Origin: Balanoglossus misakiensis
Taxonomy: Eukaryota; Animalia; Hemichordata
Assembly (NCBI GenBank): GCA_040954595.2
Contig: CM082577.2
Location: 8,395,846 to 8,459,845 of the forward strand
Length of the DNA: 64,000 nt
Direction: 5' to 3'
Shown: in pieces, positions 13,955-26,060 of the stretch
Numbering within the stretch: the first letter of the stretch is position 1
Layout of the letters: each line of letters begins with the position of its first letter
Made by a program: the position numbers and the translations under genes
Notes under the pieces: generated by a model
Databases searched by the model: none
Told to the model about the DNA's origin: nothing
What the model saw: only the letters and a program-made list of their open reading frames with translations

Positions 13955-13996
13955 ATGGCGCAGCCAGAGGAAAGTACTTCGACAAAACATCAGCAG
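13955..13996 (+). CDS. CCP110: CP110, probable coding exon 1 (MAQPEESTSTKHQQ)
   Basis: Good start context aaaATGG; donor CAG|GTGTGT, phase 0, compatible with the next exon. Confidence 0.6.
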
Positions 13997-15101
13997 GTGT
14001 GTGTGCGTGTTACTTGTTTTTAATAACACGTTCGGAAGTGCGACATTGGGTTTTAGGAACAATTTCTAACTGTTCTGCCTGCAGTGATTTTTAATAGACC
14101 CATAAGAAGGGCTTTAGTCCACCTCTGACTTACTTCGGCCAACGATCAAACGTGACGTCAGAGGTTAATACTGGGTCACTGTCTGTATTTTCTTCAAATT
14201 AAAGATGAAGCAAACTGTGATTTTGACCTGTTTTACCGAAATGGCCGAGCGAGTAGCATATGTTAATAGAAATCAGTATTCAAAACTGGGCAAGAGCTGT
14301 CATCCTAAAAGGGGGACTTTGTTTCAACTTGTCAAGGATCATGGGCGATCATGTCTTGTCATGTCCCAGGAATAACGTACAACGCGTACACAGTCACTGC
14401 AATTCAGTGTACTGGTTTGTGCAGTCAAATCGCCGTTCAACACGCGTGCTTACCACATAATCAAGCACTGCCGCAAATTTTCAAGATCACGAGATCGCCA
14501 TGGCGGATTCACCCGAGCAACTTGTCACGGAATTCCATTACCATTGTACTCTGTTGGTGAGAAGTTGTTTGTTGGAAGTTTTCCTAGTTTTTGTTATGAT
14601 GTCCTGTCATCGTTCACCACACAGAACGTGAACGTTATTACTACATGTGACACTTCTGGGTTTAGTGGACATGTGTATCAAACAGATTGTCTATTTTGAT
14701 GAGAACTTTCCACAGTATATAATTATAAATCATTGTCGATGATTAAGTTTTGATGAGTAATCCATATGTCCACATGCTAGATCCCCTACGCCCAAGGTGG
14801 GTAAGTGTAGTTAGGCAGCAATCAGATGTATAATGAACAGCAGCTCTGTAGGCAACATGTCAGGTCTTCAGCCATTGCTGAATCTGCAGGCTATGGTACA
14901 TTTCCCAGTTACTGTCGTCTTAGCTCTGCGTACAGGTCTGTGCAGTGTATGTGTTCCTGGCTTTACACGTGTAACGCCGGGAACACACAGACCTGTACGC
15001 AGAGCTACTGTCATCTGTGTCGTTATTTCATAACAACTCTCTATTGTCTCACTACTTCTTTAATCAAGGAATCATACTGTTGTTTTTCTGTTTTTCTCCA
15101 G

Positions 15102-15260
15102 ACGTCTGCAATGTCAATGATGGGAGATATCACAGATTTCTTTGAGACTCAGATGCAAGCGTTGTGTACGTTGAGTGAGAGCATGATAACGATGGATAGG
15201 TTTGGTACAGACTTTGTATCAATGATCAAGATGGATGGAAAACCCATTCCACCACCACTG
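15102..15260 (+). CDS. CCP110: CP110, exon 2
   Basis: Acceptor tttttctccag|, donor |GTGAGT, phase 0-0. FVSMIKMDGKPIPPPL resembles the CP110 N-terminal motif (SxIxFxGxxILxPL). Confidence 0.8.
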
Positions 15261-16338
15261 GTGAGTTTTCAAATCACAAACACTTCAAGCCAGCAGTGTT
15301 TTGCTGAGATTTGTGAATATAAGTAAATTGACTGGGGAAGTATTTTAGTAACAGATGTTATCTTGATACAGATGGATTGGTCATGTCAGAAAGGTTAATG
15401 ACCGGGGAACCCTGGTAGCATTTTACCACCTTTCCATCTGTACCAAAAAGCACCCTAACCACATTTTGTAGAAGGTTGGGATGAACTTTTCATGTGGAGT
15501 AAATATCAACAAAACAACATCCCAAAAGGTACCATTTGTGAAGTAAGCAGCTAGTATTGAAAATAGAAATGAGGTCTAGAAATTGAACACAATAGTACAA
15601 TGGCCCAAAGTATAAATGCACATGTATGTGATGTCCTGTTGAATTCATTAGATGGTTGTATGTTCACTGAGTGTTTTGAAATTACTTCAGTGTGTCATGA
15701 CACATGCTTTCCAAGGTCAAACGCTTTGTTATTCATTCTTTGAGCTTGTCTTACAAGCCTATAAGAATAGCCTGGACATGTTCTGGCATGTAGGGTGAGC
15801 TCAAAGCAATGTCATCAGATCGGTAACACTTGGAAAACGAGCAAATTGGGGTTTCAAGAACATTTCAGTTAAAGTTCCCTACAAAAATGGCCAATACTGA
15901 ATCAAATATAATGGCTCTAAAATGACAATTTCTTTCTGAGAGTACAACAGTTGATTCATCGTACGACAGGTAGTTATGGTCCACAATGGGGGTGTGGTCA
16001 CTGTGTAGGAGGGGAAGCATGTTTGTCACTTTCTAATTGTAGACATGAACAATTTCTCAGACACCATGGAAATGAATCACATTCAGTACTACATTGTCTT
16101 CACCATGTGTAGTTTTCAACAACTCTTCTAATGTTTTTGTCAGTTGTCATTGTTTCAGGAAAGCAAGCAGTAATAATTTGAAACTTCAATTTGCAACAAC
16201 CAGAAATGTTCCAATCATTTTGTCGTAACTTGGAACTCTACTCAACCTCATCACTTACTTTTGAATGTACATTCAATGGTAGTTTAAGCTGTTTTTACTT
16301 GTATGTAAAATCCGGGCTGGATGTCTTTCTTTTGTTAG

Positions 16339-16467
16339 ATGACACCAGAAAGACTTGAAGAGATGCAGAGATATAAGCAGCAAGCCATAGAACTTGAAGC
16401 CAAGTTAAATTTGCACAGGAAGAAAAAACTGCTCTCCAGAGTACAAGCAATCGTTGATGGTATTGAT
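16339..16467 (+). CDS. CCP110: CP110, exon 3
   Basis: Acceptor ttgttag|, donor |GTAAGT. MTPERLEEMQRYKQQAIELEAKLNLHRKKKLLSRVQAIVDGID matches the CP110 N-terminal coiled coil (EMQ...LLxRVQxI). Confidence 0.88.
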
Positions 16468-16862
16468 GTAAGTACTGTATTTACAATATTGCCAGTTCTG
16501 TTTGTCTGGTCTGTAATCACCACCAAATGCCAATATACATGTACACTGCACAAATGATCCAGAGCGTGTCTACCCAAGAACTTGTCATAGATAGAGAGTT
16601 CCAGTGTGCCCTCTAAGCCCATATGACGCACCACTGACTCAACAAACTCACTGGTGACTCAAGAAAATTTTCCGCACTACATGTAAAGGCTGACTCACAG
16701 AATTTTTTTGAAATCCTCAAATTGACTCAAAGTTTTAAAAAAATCATGTTTGTTAGAGGGCACACTGAGAGAGTCACTTGAACATCCTTCAGATCATGTT
16801 CTAATATAAGGAATCAGTGTTCTGAGTCATGTGCAATGAAAAGCCTGTTTTCTTCACTTCAG

Positions 16863-18582
16863 GAACGAAGGACTCCAACACCCAGAGACATCAGTACACC
16901 AGATTGTAGTCCTGTTGTGCCTGATGACTCACTGCAGAATCAAGACAGTGGAATGGGATCTTCCTATACTCAGCCCACCTCGGAGTCAAGAGAGAAGGTT
17001 TCATCCACACCGATTGAAAGACTTGGCGACACGAAGGAGGATTTCGAAACTAACAATGATGACAGTGGCAATGTATCTGGACAAACCATACTCCACCTCG
17101 ATGCCACGGCGACGGATGACCTGGTTGTCGTGGGATACAGATCAACCAGTAGCAGCAGTGACATCAGCGAACTGAACAGAACTGTCATCGCTGCCAACGA
17201 AAGCGATGACAGTCTGCCCAACTCGTCCGGATCCAGTCAGACTGTAACCGAGAAAGCAGAGAGCCAGGACTCTCAGTCGCGGAAATCGGTCTCATCCGAC
17301 AATGAAGGTACGATTTCGCCGAGGAGTTCTGTAACGGAAGAAAAACACGAATCTGAGGCAAACAGAGAAGATTCCGGTTCAGAGATCTTCTCTGAAGACA
17401 ATGCAGAAGACAACAGAGAAGACGCGCATCACGACTTTCCACCAGTCAGCGACACTGAATCTGCGCTCTCTCTGATCGGCGATTACAAACCGCTTCCAAC
17501 TCCAGCGTCTCTGCAAAACCCTGATCCATCGGCCGTCAGTCGACCGGACTCCGTGCCGTCGCTACCAGACAGCAGTCCCATCGCCACGGCAACAGTGTCG
17601 TCGACCGACGAAGCCAGCGACGCCGAACAGTGGATGTCCACAGGAGAGGCGGAGACGCACGACGAAGACCCCAAGCAACTGATCAGCACGGGCAGCAGCG
17701 ATCTGATGACGTACGGATCGGCGGCCCACTCGTGCTCGCTGCCCATCAGCTGCGTCACCGACAGCGTGGACACGCTCAGGGACATCAAGGAATCAATGGA
17801 CGCCATGAACGACGACGTCCTGTCGGCCGTCAGCGAAGAAGACGCGCCGAACGTCCGCGGCGCACCAGTGGGCCAGGAGAGGGGGGACGAACAATGGAAG
17901 TCCACGGTGCCCGGTTCCACGAGCATCGGCAACGACACAGTGGCTGGCTCTTCAAGTACCGGTGATGATGTGTCACCTCTTCAGACGGTTCGTCGTAGAG
18001 GTTCATACACGCTGGACGAGCCGTCCCCGGCCTTGCTCAGGGCGCAGTCCGACAGAGAGGATTCCTACGAGAAGGAAAAATTGAATGTCTCCGGGAAGAG
18101 CGCAACAGCAAGGAGAAGTTTAGAATTTACCCATGAAGGGGAGAACCGAGAAGACAATACAACAGCAAAGGCGGAAGTGACAAAAGAAACAGAGAAGCAG
18201 AATCGGGGAAAGGTTTTGAAAAAGTCTGAAGAACTTACAGAAAAACAAAAACCTGCATCCAGAGATGCATCGTCGTCGTCTCAGAGAGACACCAGCAGAA
18301 ACGTTGCGTCGGATCACCTTCTGGAGCTGCGACAACAGCAGATGGACTACTTCGAACAACTGCGCATGCAGCTGCACGAACAGCAACAGCAGCAGCTGCA
18401 GGAAGTGTTGCTGCAGCAGCAGCGGGAACAGATGGTGCTGCAGAGGGAGTTTGAGGAACAAGAGAAGAGGTTCGAGGAAGAACAGAGGATGTTGATGGAA
18501 CAGCTGGCCAGGAGGTACGAGAAGACGGAGAACGATCAGTGGTTGGATAAACTGAATCAACTGAGGAGTCTTGAAGGAAGAG
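16863..18582 (+). CDS. CCP110: CP110, large exon 4 (1720 nt, Ser/Asp-rich disordered region plus Q/E coiled coil)
   Basis: Lies within the 584-aa ORF. Acceptor cttcag|GAA, donor G|GTAGGT (phase 1). Contains RRGSYTLDEPSP, an RxL-like ARRSLEF, and a C-terminal coiled coil. Confidence 0.88.
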
Positions 18583-19850
18583 GTAGGTAGTCTTGCTGTT
18601 ATGTCAAGTCTGATGTGAGATTGGTAGTTTGGAAATGTGCATATGTGAAATGTGGATTTGTAGTTTGGTATATTTTCCGCCATGAATATGGAAAGCGTAT
18701 ACGTGTATATGTTTTCCTTGATTTAAGTGTGGCTTTGAACTTTTCACATTTTGGGGATATCACTATGTGATGTCATGTGTTTTCATTGGCTGTTAGTGGC
18801 TACTGTAGAGTGTGTCCCTGGCTTTTGAACAAGCCAGGTAAAAATATCCTGTGACCTTTGGGTTAATCTGAACATATTGTGTTTTTGTGTGGTCGCAGGA
18901 TGCTGAAATAGTCACATGGGGGGCGAGTCACAAACCCCAAAGCGCATGAGGACATCATAATATTAGTGTGTCCTTGTTCATCCGTACATACATGGCCGTG
19001 TTTGTTAGTGTTTTCCAGGCATGCATGCGGCTGTTGAATGGAGCTTCACGCCTGACTGGTACACTGTATTGACATAGAGGACACACGGTATCAGTTGTGT
19101 CCTTAGGTGGCACGCTGGCCGTGAATACGATCAGAAACTGTTGCTTTTATCCCGTAAAGTTTAGCCGAAGCCACTTGAAAGTGTGCTGAAGCTCTACGGC
19201 GGCCATTATGCTGCCATCCAGCTGTGAACTCTTTGTATTGACACTTGCTGTGGTCTCGATTTCGCGGGTTTGCAAATCACAAATAAATTGTTTGCAGTGA
19301 CATTCAAAACCACACGGTGTGTAATTAGATATTGTTGGGCATTTCCATCTAACAACAAATAATACCAGAAAATCGCTACAGTGCCACCCGAGAGCACATT
19401 GTGTGTGTCAGTGGCTACCAACCCTCCCCCCCACCCCCACCAAAACAGTGATAGCGTATCATGGGGAGGGATGAACTGGTGAACTGTGACAACATGGAAC
19501 TGCTAGGGGTAGTGTTGAGAAACTAAAAAAGAAAAAGAAACCTGTAGTGTATTGTGTAGACATTGCTGGTTTTGCCATAAATTCTGTCTGCTCCAACCAT
19601 AAGAATTTTGCATCAATTTTTTCCATAAGCACAATGATCAATGTACGTGTCACTGATGTCAAAGCTTTATCATAACAATGTGAGAAAACTTTTCATATTA
19701 TTTGATGTATGCTTGACTTCAACAAAGTATGTGCAGGTGTGGACTATAGCAACTTTTGAACAAATTCTGAACTTGTAAAACTCAGCAAATCATACTGACA
19801 GCAGTGAATTGGTATACATTTGAAAATGATTTGATTTGGTTTGATTTCAG

Positions 19851-20140
19851 GTGACTCTGATAGTGAGAGTAACTCCTCGAAGCGTTCCAACTCGGACAGC
19901 CTCAGGGACAGTCCATTGAGCAGACTGGAGAAATCGCCAGCTCTGCCACCAGCCAGCTACAGACCACATACTGCAGACCCTGCCTTCATGAAATACCCAT
20001 TCTACCTGGAAGGACAGATACGCCATGATATGTCAGCTGATACGTCTCGCAGTCCAAGTAGCATGACTAGTTCGCCACAGTTGAGTGTATCCACACCTTT
20101 GATGTCCAGCAGTCCCAGGACCAAGGCACTCGTTCGAAAG
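19851..20140 (+). CDS. CCP110: CP110, exon 5
   Basis: Acceptor gatttcag| (phase 1), donor AAG|GTACAG (phase 0). Ser/Pro-rich open frame. Confidence 0.8.
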
Positions 20141-21222
20141 GTACAGTTACAAATCTAACCAACGATATCTGGATGGGAAGTAGCTGTTATTCCTAGTTGC
20201 AAAACTTGAAACCTTGTAGAACTTGTGCACTGATTCTTTTGACTATCGGGCCTATCCATACATATTTTAAAATTCTGTAAAAATTTTACAATTATATTTG
20301 TGAAATTCTGAGAGCTTATTCACTACAATTACGTGATACCATTGAAAAACTTAGAGCAGCCAATCACAAGTCAGCGTGTGTGTGACCCTTGACCCTATTC
20401 TTTCTTGTGTGACTCTTGACCCTATGCTTTATCCCCAAAGTTTCAAACAAGAATCATTTTGCTCTTTGACAAGAAACACGTCCAGAAATGATACTTTCCT
20501 TATGAGAAATCCCCACTTACTCCCAGTAATACGCGGCCAGTGTTTTTGAGATTAAATTTCCTGAATTGCTTGAAGCCTGTTGTCACCTGAACTGATATGG
20601 TTTGCACACAGCAGGCATGCATAGCTAAACTGTCTACATGTTACCAGTACAAAGCTAATGTACATTTTTTGTCAGTTAAGCTTGGTTTACAATCCTATAC
20701 AGGGTTGAGCTGCATGGAAACGTCGGGTATCATGTTTGCCCCTGCGTGTGAGTGGACAGATCACATTTCAAAGCTCAGCCAGTCCTGTCAGTTAAAATAC
20801 CATTAACTTTTGACTCTTGTATCTCTACTTTTGTTCTGTGTATCACATGCAGTTTCTCGTTCGGACTCCGCGATGAGATGTAATTGTTTACCGTAATAGA
20901 TTAGTGAACGCAGCTTATATGATTTGATGTCTGGACTTGAAATCAGATGTCAACCCAAAAACTGAGTGATTAAAGGACCGAAACTACAGACGGTTTTTCC
21001 TCAGACTCATGAAAAAACTGGATATGAAACATGGAAAAATATATTTGATTTTTCAAGTGCTGATCTTTTGTATTGACCGTTTTTTTTCTGCTATAGAACT
21101 CAAATATATTTATTATTTTCTAATATCTGGTTGATATCAGAGTTTAATCGTCGTTTATTTTCCTAAGTCTTATGAGAAGGAAATATTCTTCATGGCAATA
21201 ACTTGGTACATTCATTTCATAG

Positions 21223-21339
21223 GTGGCCTCCAGGGACATGAAACACAAATTTGAAATGGTGTCTGCTGCTGTCAAAGGCTATCTGACAAGACGACTGTTG
21301 AGAACTGAGAAGGTCCAAGCCATTACAAAAACAATCAAG
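21223..21339 (+). CDS. CCP110: CP110, exon 6 (IQ-like calmodulin-binding motif)
   Basis: VASRDMKHKFEMVSAAVKGYLTRRLLRTEKVQAITKTIK matches the CP110 motif AxAKGFLTRRLxxTxK. Canonical AG/GT, phase 0-0. Not in the supplied ORF track. Confidence 0.9.
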
Positions 21340-21770
21340 GTGTGTGTTGTTACGTGGCATTCCAGCTTTGAAAATTATTTTCAGCCTTCAACCGGTATTT
21401 GAGCTTACAAATATGTCCGCATTGTGTGAAATAAGGACAAATCTGATACTGATGTATTGATAGAATGCTTTGAGTTAGATGGGGTCGAATAAATTCAATT
21501 ACTGAAGATTGAATATTTGACACATCCACTGTTATCCATGGTCTGTGCATGGCTATAAAAATTAATCAGGACAGCATACCAGTCTGTCAGTTTTACAGTG
21601 CATGATTTGATATGGAAAATATTGATCATAGGGCTTCCCTTGCTTCTGCCCACATCTTTAGAATGTTTGCAGAGAATGCAAACCACTTTGTGTAGGTTAT
21701 CAGTCCTTGACGTTCTTTCTAGAACATGTTGTGTGGAGACTCTAATAAACACTTACTTTGGTGTCTGTAG

Positions 21771-21872
21771 GATACGTACAGTTTTGTGTACAGATTCCAA
21801 GAGGAGACACCGGTGAAGAGGGGAAACCTGTCCATGCAGGATACTAAGTTAGCAGAGAGGGTTATTGCCCAG
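21771..21872 (+). CDS. CCP110: CP110, exon 7
   Basis: DTYSFVYRFQEETPVKRGNLSMQDTKLAERVIAQ (cf. vertebrate DTMEFIRSFQSEAPLKRG...QDASLQERVLAQ). Canonical splice sites. Confidence 0.9.
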
Positions 21873-22172
21873 GTGAGAAACATCTCAATATGCAAATCTG
21901 TCACTGCGTTGGTGTCAAAGGTCAAATTGACATTTTTGAGTGTAGTGGAATTTCTTCTGTATACTTCTACAATGTATGAGATTAGTAATGCAGGTTTTAT
22001 CTTGGAATAGGAGGTATGCATAACTGATAATTGTCACAGGTATTAGCTTTGTATGATCGATCAAATGTTGACATTAATCCCCCACTTCTATTCATTTGTG
22101 ATCCCTTCCACTTGCCATGTATGTCAATGTTTTGGTACAGAGTGTAAAACACCCTGAAATGCTCTATTTCAG

Positions 22173-22292
22173 TTGCGTTCTGCCCTGCTGGACATGCACG
22201 AGATAGTCTTTGAGATTCCGGTCTATGAGAGGATGGCAATCATTAATCATGACAGACTACTGGAGGACGAGAGGAGACTTCTGAAAAAACAG
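22173..22292 (+). CDS. CCP110: CP110, exon 8
   Basis: LRSALLDMHEIVFEIPVYERMAIINHDR (cf. LRAALYxIHDIFF...ERMSILxHDR). Acceptor ttcag|, donor |GTGAGA. Confidence 0.9.
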
Positions 22293-22419
22293 GTGAGAAA
22301 GTCAACAGCATACAACGTGAATCTGGTCACATTTTGCTGGCTTGCAGACTCATTTTCTGTACATCCCAATGTTTAAAACAATATAACTCATTTGTATATG
22401 TGTGTATGTATCTTTACAG

Positions 22420-22490
22420 AAACAAGACCCCAGCAAGAAACTAGTGTCAGACGCAACAAAAAAAGTGATGGAAAGACGCAAACAAGTCAA
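22420..22490 (+). CDS. CCP110: CP110, exon 9
   Basis: KQDPSKKLVSDATKKVMERRKQV (cf. LSxATQKSLDRKK). Acceptor ttacag|, donor |GTAAGT, phase 0-2. Confidence 0.82.
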
Positions 22491-23540
22491 GTAAGTCGCT
22501 CTCATGCAAGAATCACTTAGTGGAATGCATAATTTATGTAGCATGATGAAAACTACCATATTATAAAGTGGTATGCAAACCTCACATATAGAGCCCGGGC
22601 CTGTTTGTGTAGAGCGCCCTCTCCAGGCCAGTTTTAGTTATTCTGACCAAGGTCAAATTGCAGGTCACACACGGTTCTTTCATCGAGTAGTATACAAAAT
22701 CTTTTCCAGTTCCCGTAGACAATTTTTCAATTATACAGATAAGAGGTGCATCAGTTTGCGGTCACAACATGATACTGACGTATTTGGTCTCCTAAAATGA
22801 AAATCACCGAAAATTTTCGTTACACCATCAATAGATTTAGTCTTTTCCACGTCTAGCAGACAGTCTCCAAGGTCTGTATTTTCTTTCATTGCAATAAATC
22901 AAGCGTGAAATGCAACAGTCAAGTAGGTCTCGGATAATCCTCAATTGATACACAGAGACCAAAGCCGCATTCTTTGGTTACACAAACACACAAATTCAAG
23001 GCCAGATACAAATTGTCCTGAACCGTATTCACAGTCACTTTTGTGTACTTGGATAGTAATTAATACGAGTGTGTGCCCGGATCCCTACAACAACTTGCTT
23101 ATAGAATTACAGTTATGAAACCACTGTTAAACAATTTCAATTAACAGGTGTGAATTATAGTGATAACAGTTACAGTTATGCAGTAGTCAACAAATGTTTA
23201 TGTTGTCCAACTTACTGTTATTGAGTGCAAGTAGAGCTGTACTCTAAAAGTTCTCATAGGATTGTCATTCATCACATATGTTTGGGTCAGTACGAGAAAA
23301 CCAGTAACTCATCATATCTCAGTAACTAGTACAACATAAAGGGCTTATCGTGTGTACCATAATAACCAAATGTCATTTTTTTTTTACTTTGACCCTGTTA
23401 AAATTTTCCTTCCACAGATATGAACTCCGTTACATGTTCAGTCACTCTAGCGTGCGAATGAATGGCAGAGTGTGTTCATGTTGTTGTTTTTTTCGTTCTT
23501 GCGTCACACTGATCTCTGTTATCTTTTCTGTTCCTCTAAG

Positions 23541-23633
23541 CAGAGTGGTCAGTGCTCCACAATCCGCAACTCTTCGTCCCAAGACCGCTCCCCCATCTGT
23601 GTCAACAATGAAAAAGACACCCTTTGATGCCAG
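23541..23633 (+). CDS. CCP110: CP110, exon 10 (tandem NAGNAG acceptor, start 23541 or 23544)
   Basis: RVVSAPQSATLRPKTAPPSVSTMKKTPFDAR. Acceptor taag|cag|, donor AG|GTAAAA, phase 2-2. Confidence 0.7.
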
Positions 23634-24568
23634 GTAAAACTTTCTCCCAGCCTCCCATACCTACGTACATACAACAACCTCTCACACTTTTAATCCCAGC
23701 TCATGTTATTTCTTCGGTATCCTGTGTTGTTATTGTAAAGTCATTGAAGACCTGCACCTGTGTGATTTACTCCACTATGTTTTTTCTAGAATCGAATATC
23801 TCACTTATCCTTGAGTCTTATAAACTTAAACGATTTCGAAAATACAACAGTGACTCTATAAATAAACTGTGTTAGCCACTGAAGTAGAACTAAGCTAAAT
23901 ATTTGTTCTGTAGTTTCACTAATCTCTACATCCAAAAAAACGATACAGTTGATTCTATTTTCTAGAAAGTGACAATTTTTAACACTTCCTAATTTGGGCA
24001 TCATCTCATATATTCCATCTCGGGATAACTTAAACTTATTCATAAAATGCTTTTAGTAGCCAAAAAATGCAGTGCTCCAAATATTTTATGTTCAACAATT
24101 CATCAGAAACAGAAGCCTAATCTCTTCACAGCTGCACATGAAAATGCAAACAAGACTTTCTGAATAAATCTAACCAAGGAAATCAGACTTGATTCAAACG
24201 ACTGATTGATTGATCAACAACTGTATCCATGTAAATAGTACCATTTGTTAGTTAAAATGCACCATATCTCAACACTAGAGGGCGCTAGACCTACCAACCC
24301 TCATTTCTGATGACAGATTGTGTATTTCTAGATTTATTGAGACCAAAATAGTTATCAGCACTTTTGTTTCATCTATTCAAACAAACTTAACATGCTTCAG
24401 TGTAAATGTCGGTATTGTTTCTTTTCCTTCTATGGTGCTTTTTCTTCTCCATACTGTCATTTATTTATGGTGTGGTGTCAAGGTATGGTGGGTAGAGGTA
24501 CAGGTGGTGGTATGTTATTATGAGACTAAAATATGTGAAAATAACCAACATGTAACTGTTAATTACAG

Positions 24569-24628
24569 GGTGCTTAAACCAATACAAGGTGTTGAGTCAC
24601 CACGAAGACCAGCTGATCATCTCTATAG
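24569..24628 (+). CDS. CCP110: CP110, exon 11
   Basis: RVLKPIQGVESPRRPADHLYR (cf. vertebrate RVLQPNQGQNAP). Acceptor ttacag|, donor AG|GTAAGA, phase 2-2. Confidence 0.75.
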
Positions 24629-24797
24629 GTAAGACTTTTTCTCTTTTTACATGATAGATTGCAATTTACAAGTCGTGGATGTCTGTAGTTTGCCCTAAGA
24701 AGGTAGAATAGGGTAACATCATTGTCAGTTGTATAGCAATATTTTAGACACTGCATGTATGATAAGACGATATATATGCGTTATCTTTTCACCACAG

Positions 24798-25032
24798 ACC
24801 TGCCAAGTACGCATCCAAGAAGCAAGAGAATCGGCCCAAGACGGCACCGGAGAAAATCCAAGACAACCCAACTATGCAACCCGTCGGCAGCAAAGTGGGC
24901 ATTCACTCCACCAGTACAACCGTCACCGCGAAATCCAAAGGAGCCAGGAGATCTCTCTACCCAGTGTCGGCTGTTACCTCAAAAGCCAGACCCAAGTCAC
25001 CCCGGGGGAAAACAACCAAAAGAAAAGTGTAA
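24798..25032 (+). CDS. CCP110: CP110, terminal exon
   Basis: Acceptor accacag| (phase 2). PAKYASKKQENRPKTAPEK...GKTTKRKV*, with TAA at 25030-32. Summed CDS is 3138 nt (1045 aa), close to the vertebrate CP110 size. Confidence 0.72.
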
Positions 25033-26054
25033 TTGTATTTATTTGTACAAATTGTGAAAAGATACTACAGCCACTCCAACCATCACAGTCAGGGTTCGGG
25101 GCCGTGAGACTCTGTGGAAATTTGTGTGATTTGTAAGGGTTTTTTTCAGACTTGCATAAGTTGGGACCAAAATGGCACATTGAAGTGTGTACTGTTCTGA
25201 CAGTCCAGTACAGCTGTTGAATTGAGAGTCAATTATGAGATGTAAATAGCTTTGAGTAGTGCCTTATTTTCATGCTGTGGACATTAAGTCAAGAGTGCCT
25301 ATCGGTTTGACATTGCTTTACATCTTCAGATCACATTACTGACAATGTTTCATTACACATGCCCAGGAATTGGACACGAAGCTCATGTAAAATATCTATT
25401 CATTTCCACACTGTGTGTAAATGTCGACAAAACATCACTGTGGTTACGATAGATTTTTGTTTGTATATATTCAAGAACAATCCTCACTCAGTAAGTTAAA
25501 GTCTTTGCATGTGAAGTGTTACAATGTTTGCTTATTCACTGCTGTCGTCTTTCACCCAAACTTTAATATTAACTGTTTTGGGCCAGTATAAATTTCTCTA
25601 TTTGGGTCAAATGAGTAGTATATATATTCTAAACTTTAACTGTAGTTATTATAGCAGGGTGTCAGTCAATTTATTTTTAATTATTTTACTTGCCACTTTG
25701 TTTTGGTTATTTTATTTTTAAAATTATCGACAGACATGTTGGTATCGCTTGAAAAACTATGACTAATGATACTGCCATAGAAGAGTGCCTTATGTGCTTA
25801 AATCATATCATGAAACAAATACAGACCAAAGATGGTCCATGCCTTAAATCAGTTTGTGATATTTTTGTTTATACATTGTTCTGTATTTCCTGACAGTGTA
25901 CAACACCCCAGGGAAAATAGTTGTACATTTTTTCCCCCAGAGTACTTTATATGAAGGTGGAGATTGAATAATGAAAGTTAGTCTTTCATTGCAATTTTTG
26001 CGTCATACTTGAATCCAAAGTCTATGCACATTGAATCAGTGTGTTCTATGGTGT

Positions 26055-26060
26055 AATAAA
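26055..26060 (+). terminator. Candidate polyadenylation signal of CP110
   Basis: AATAAA about 1 kb after the stop, followed by GT/T-rich sequence. Confidence 0.45.

Noticed and set aside
16915-18683. Several antisense or out-of-frame ORFs (up to 187 aa) over CP110 exon 4
   Set aside because: By-products of GC-rich and CAG-rich coding sequence.
24729-25136. Supplied ORFs 24729-25136 and 24755-25057 as the CP110 last exon
   Set aside because: Splice phase from exon 11 selects the third frame, ending at TAA 25030-32, which also contains the repeated RPKTAP motif.
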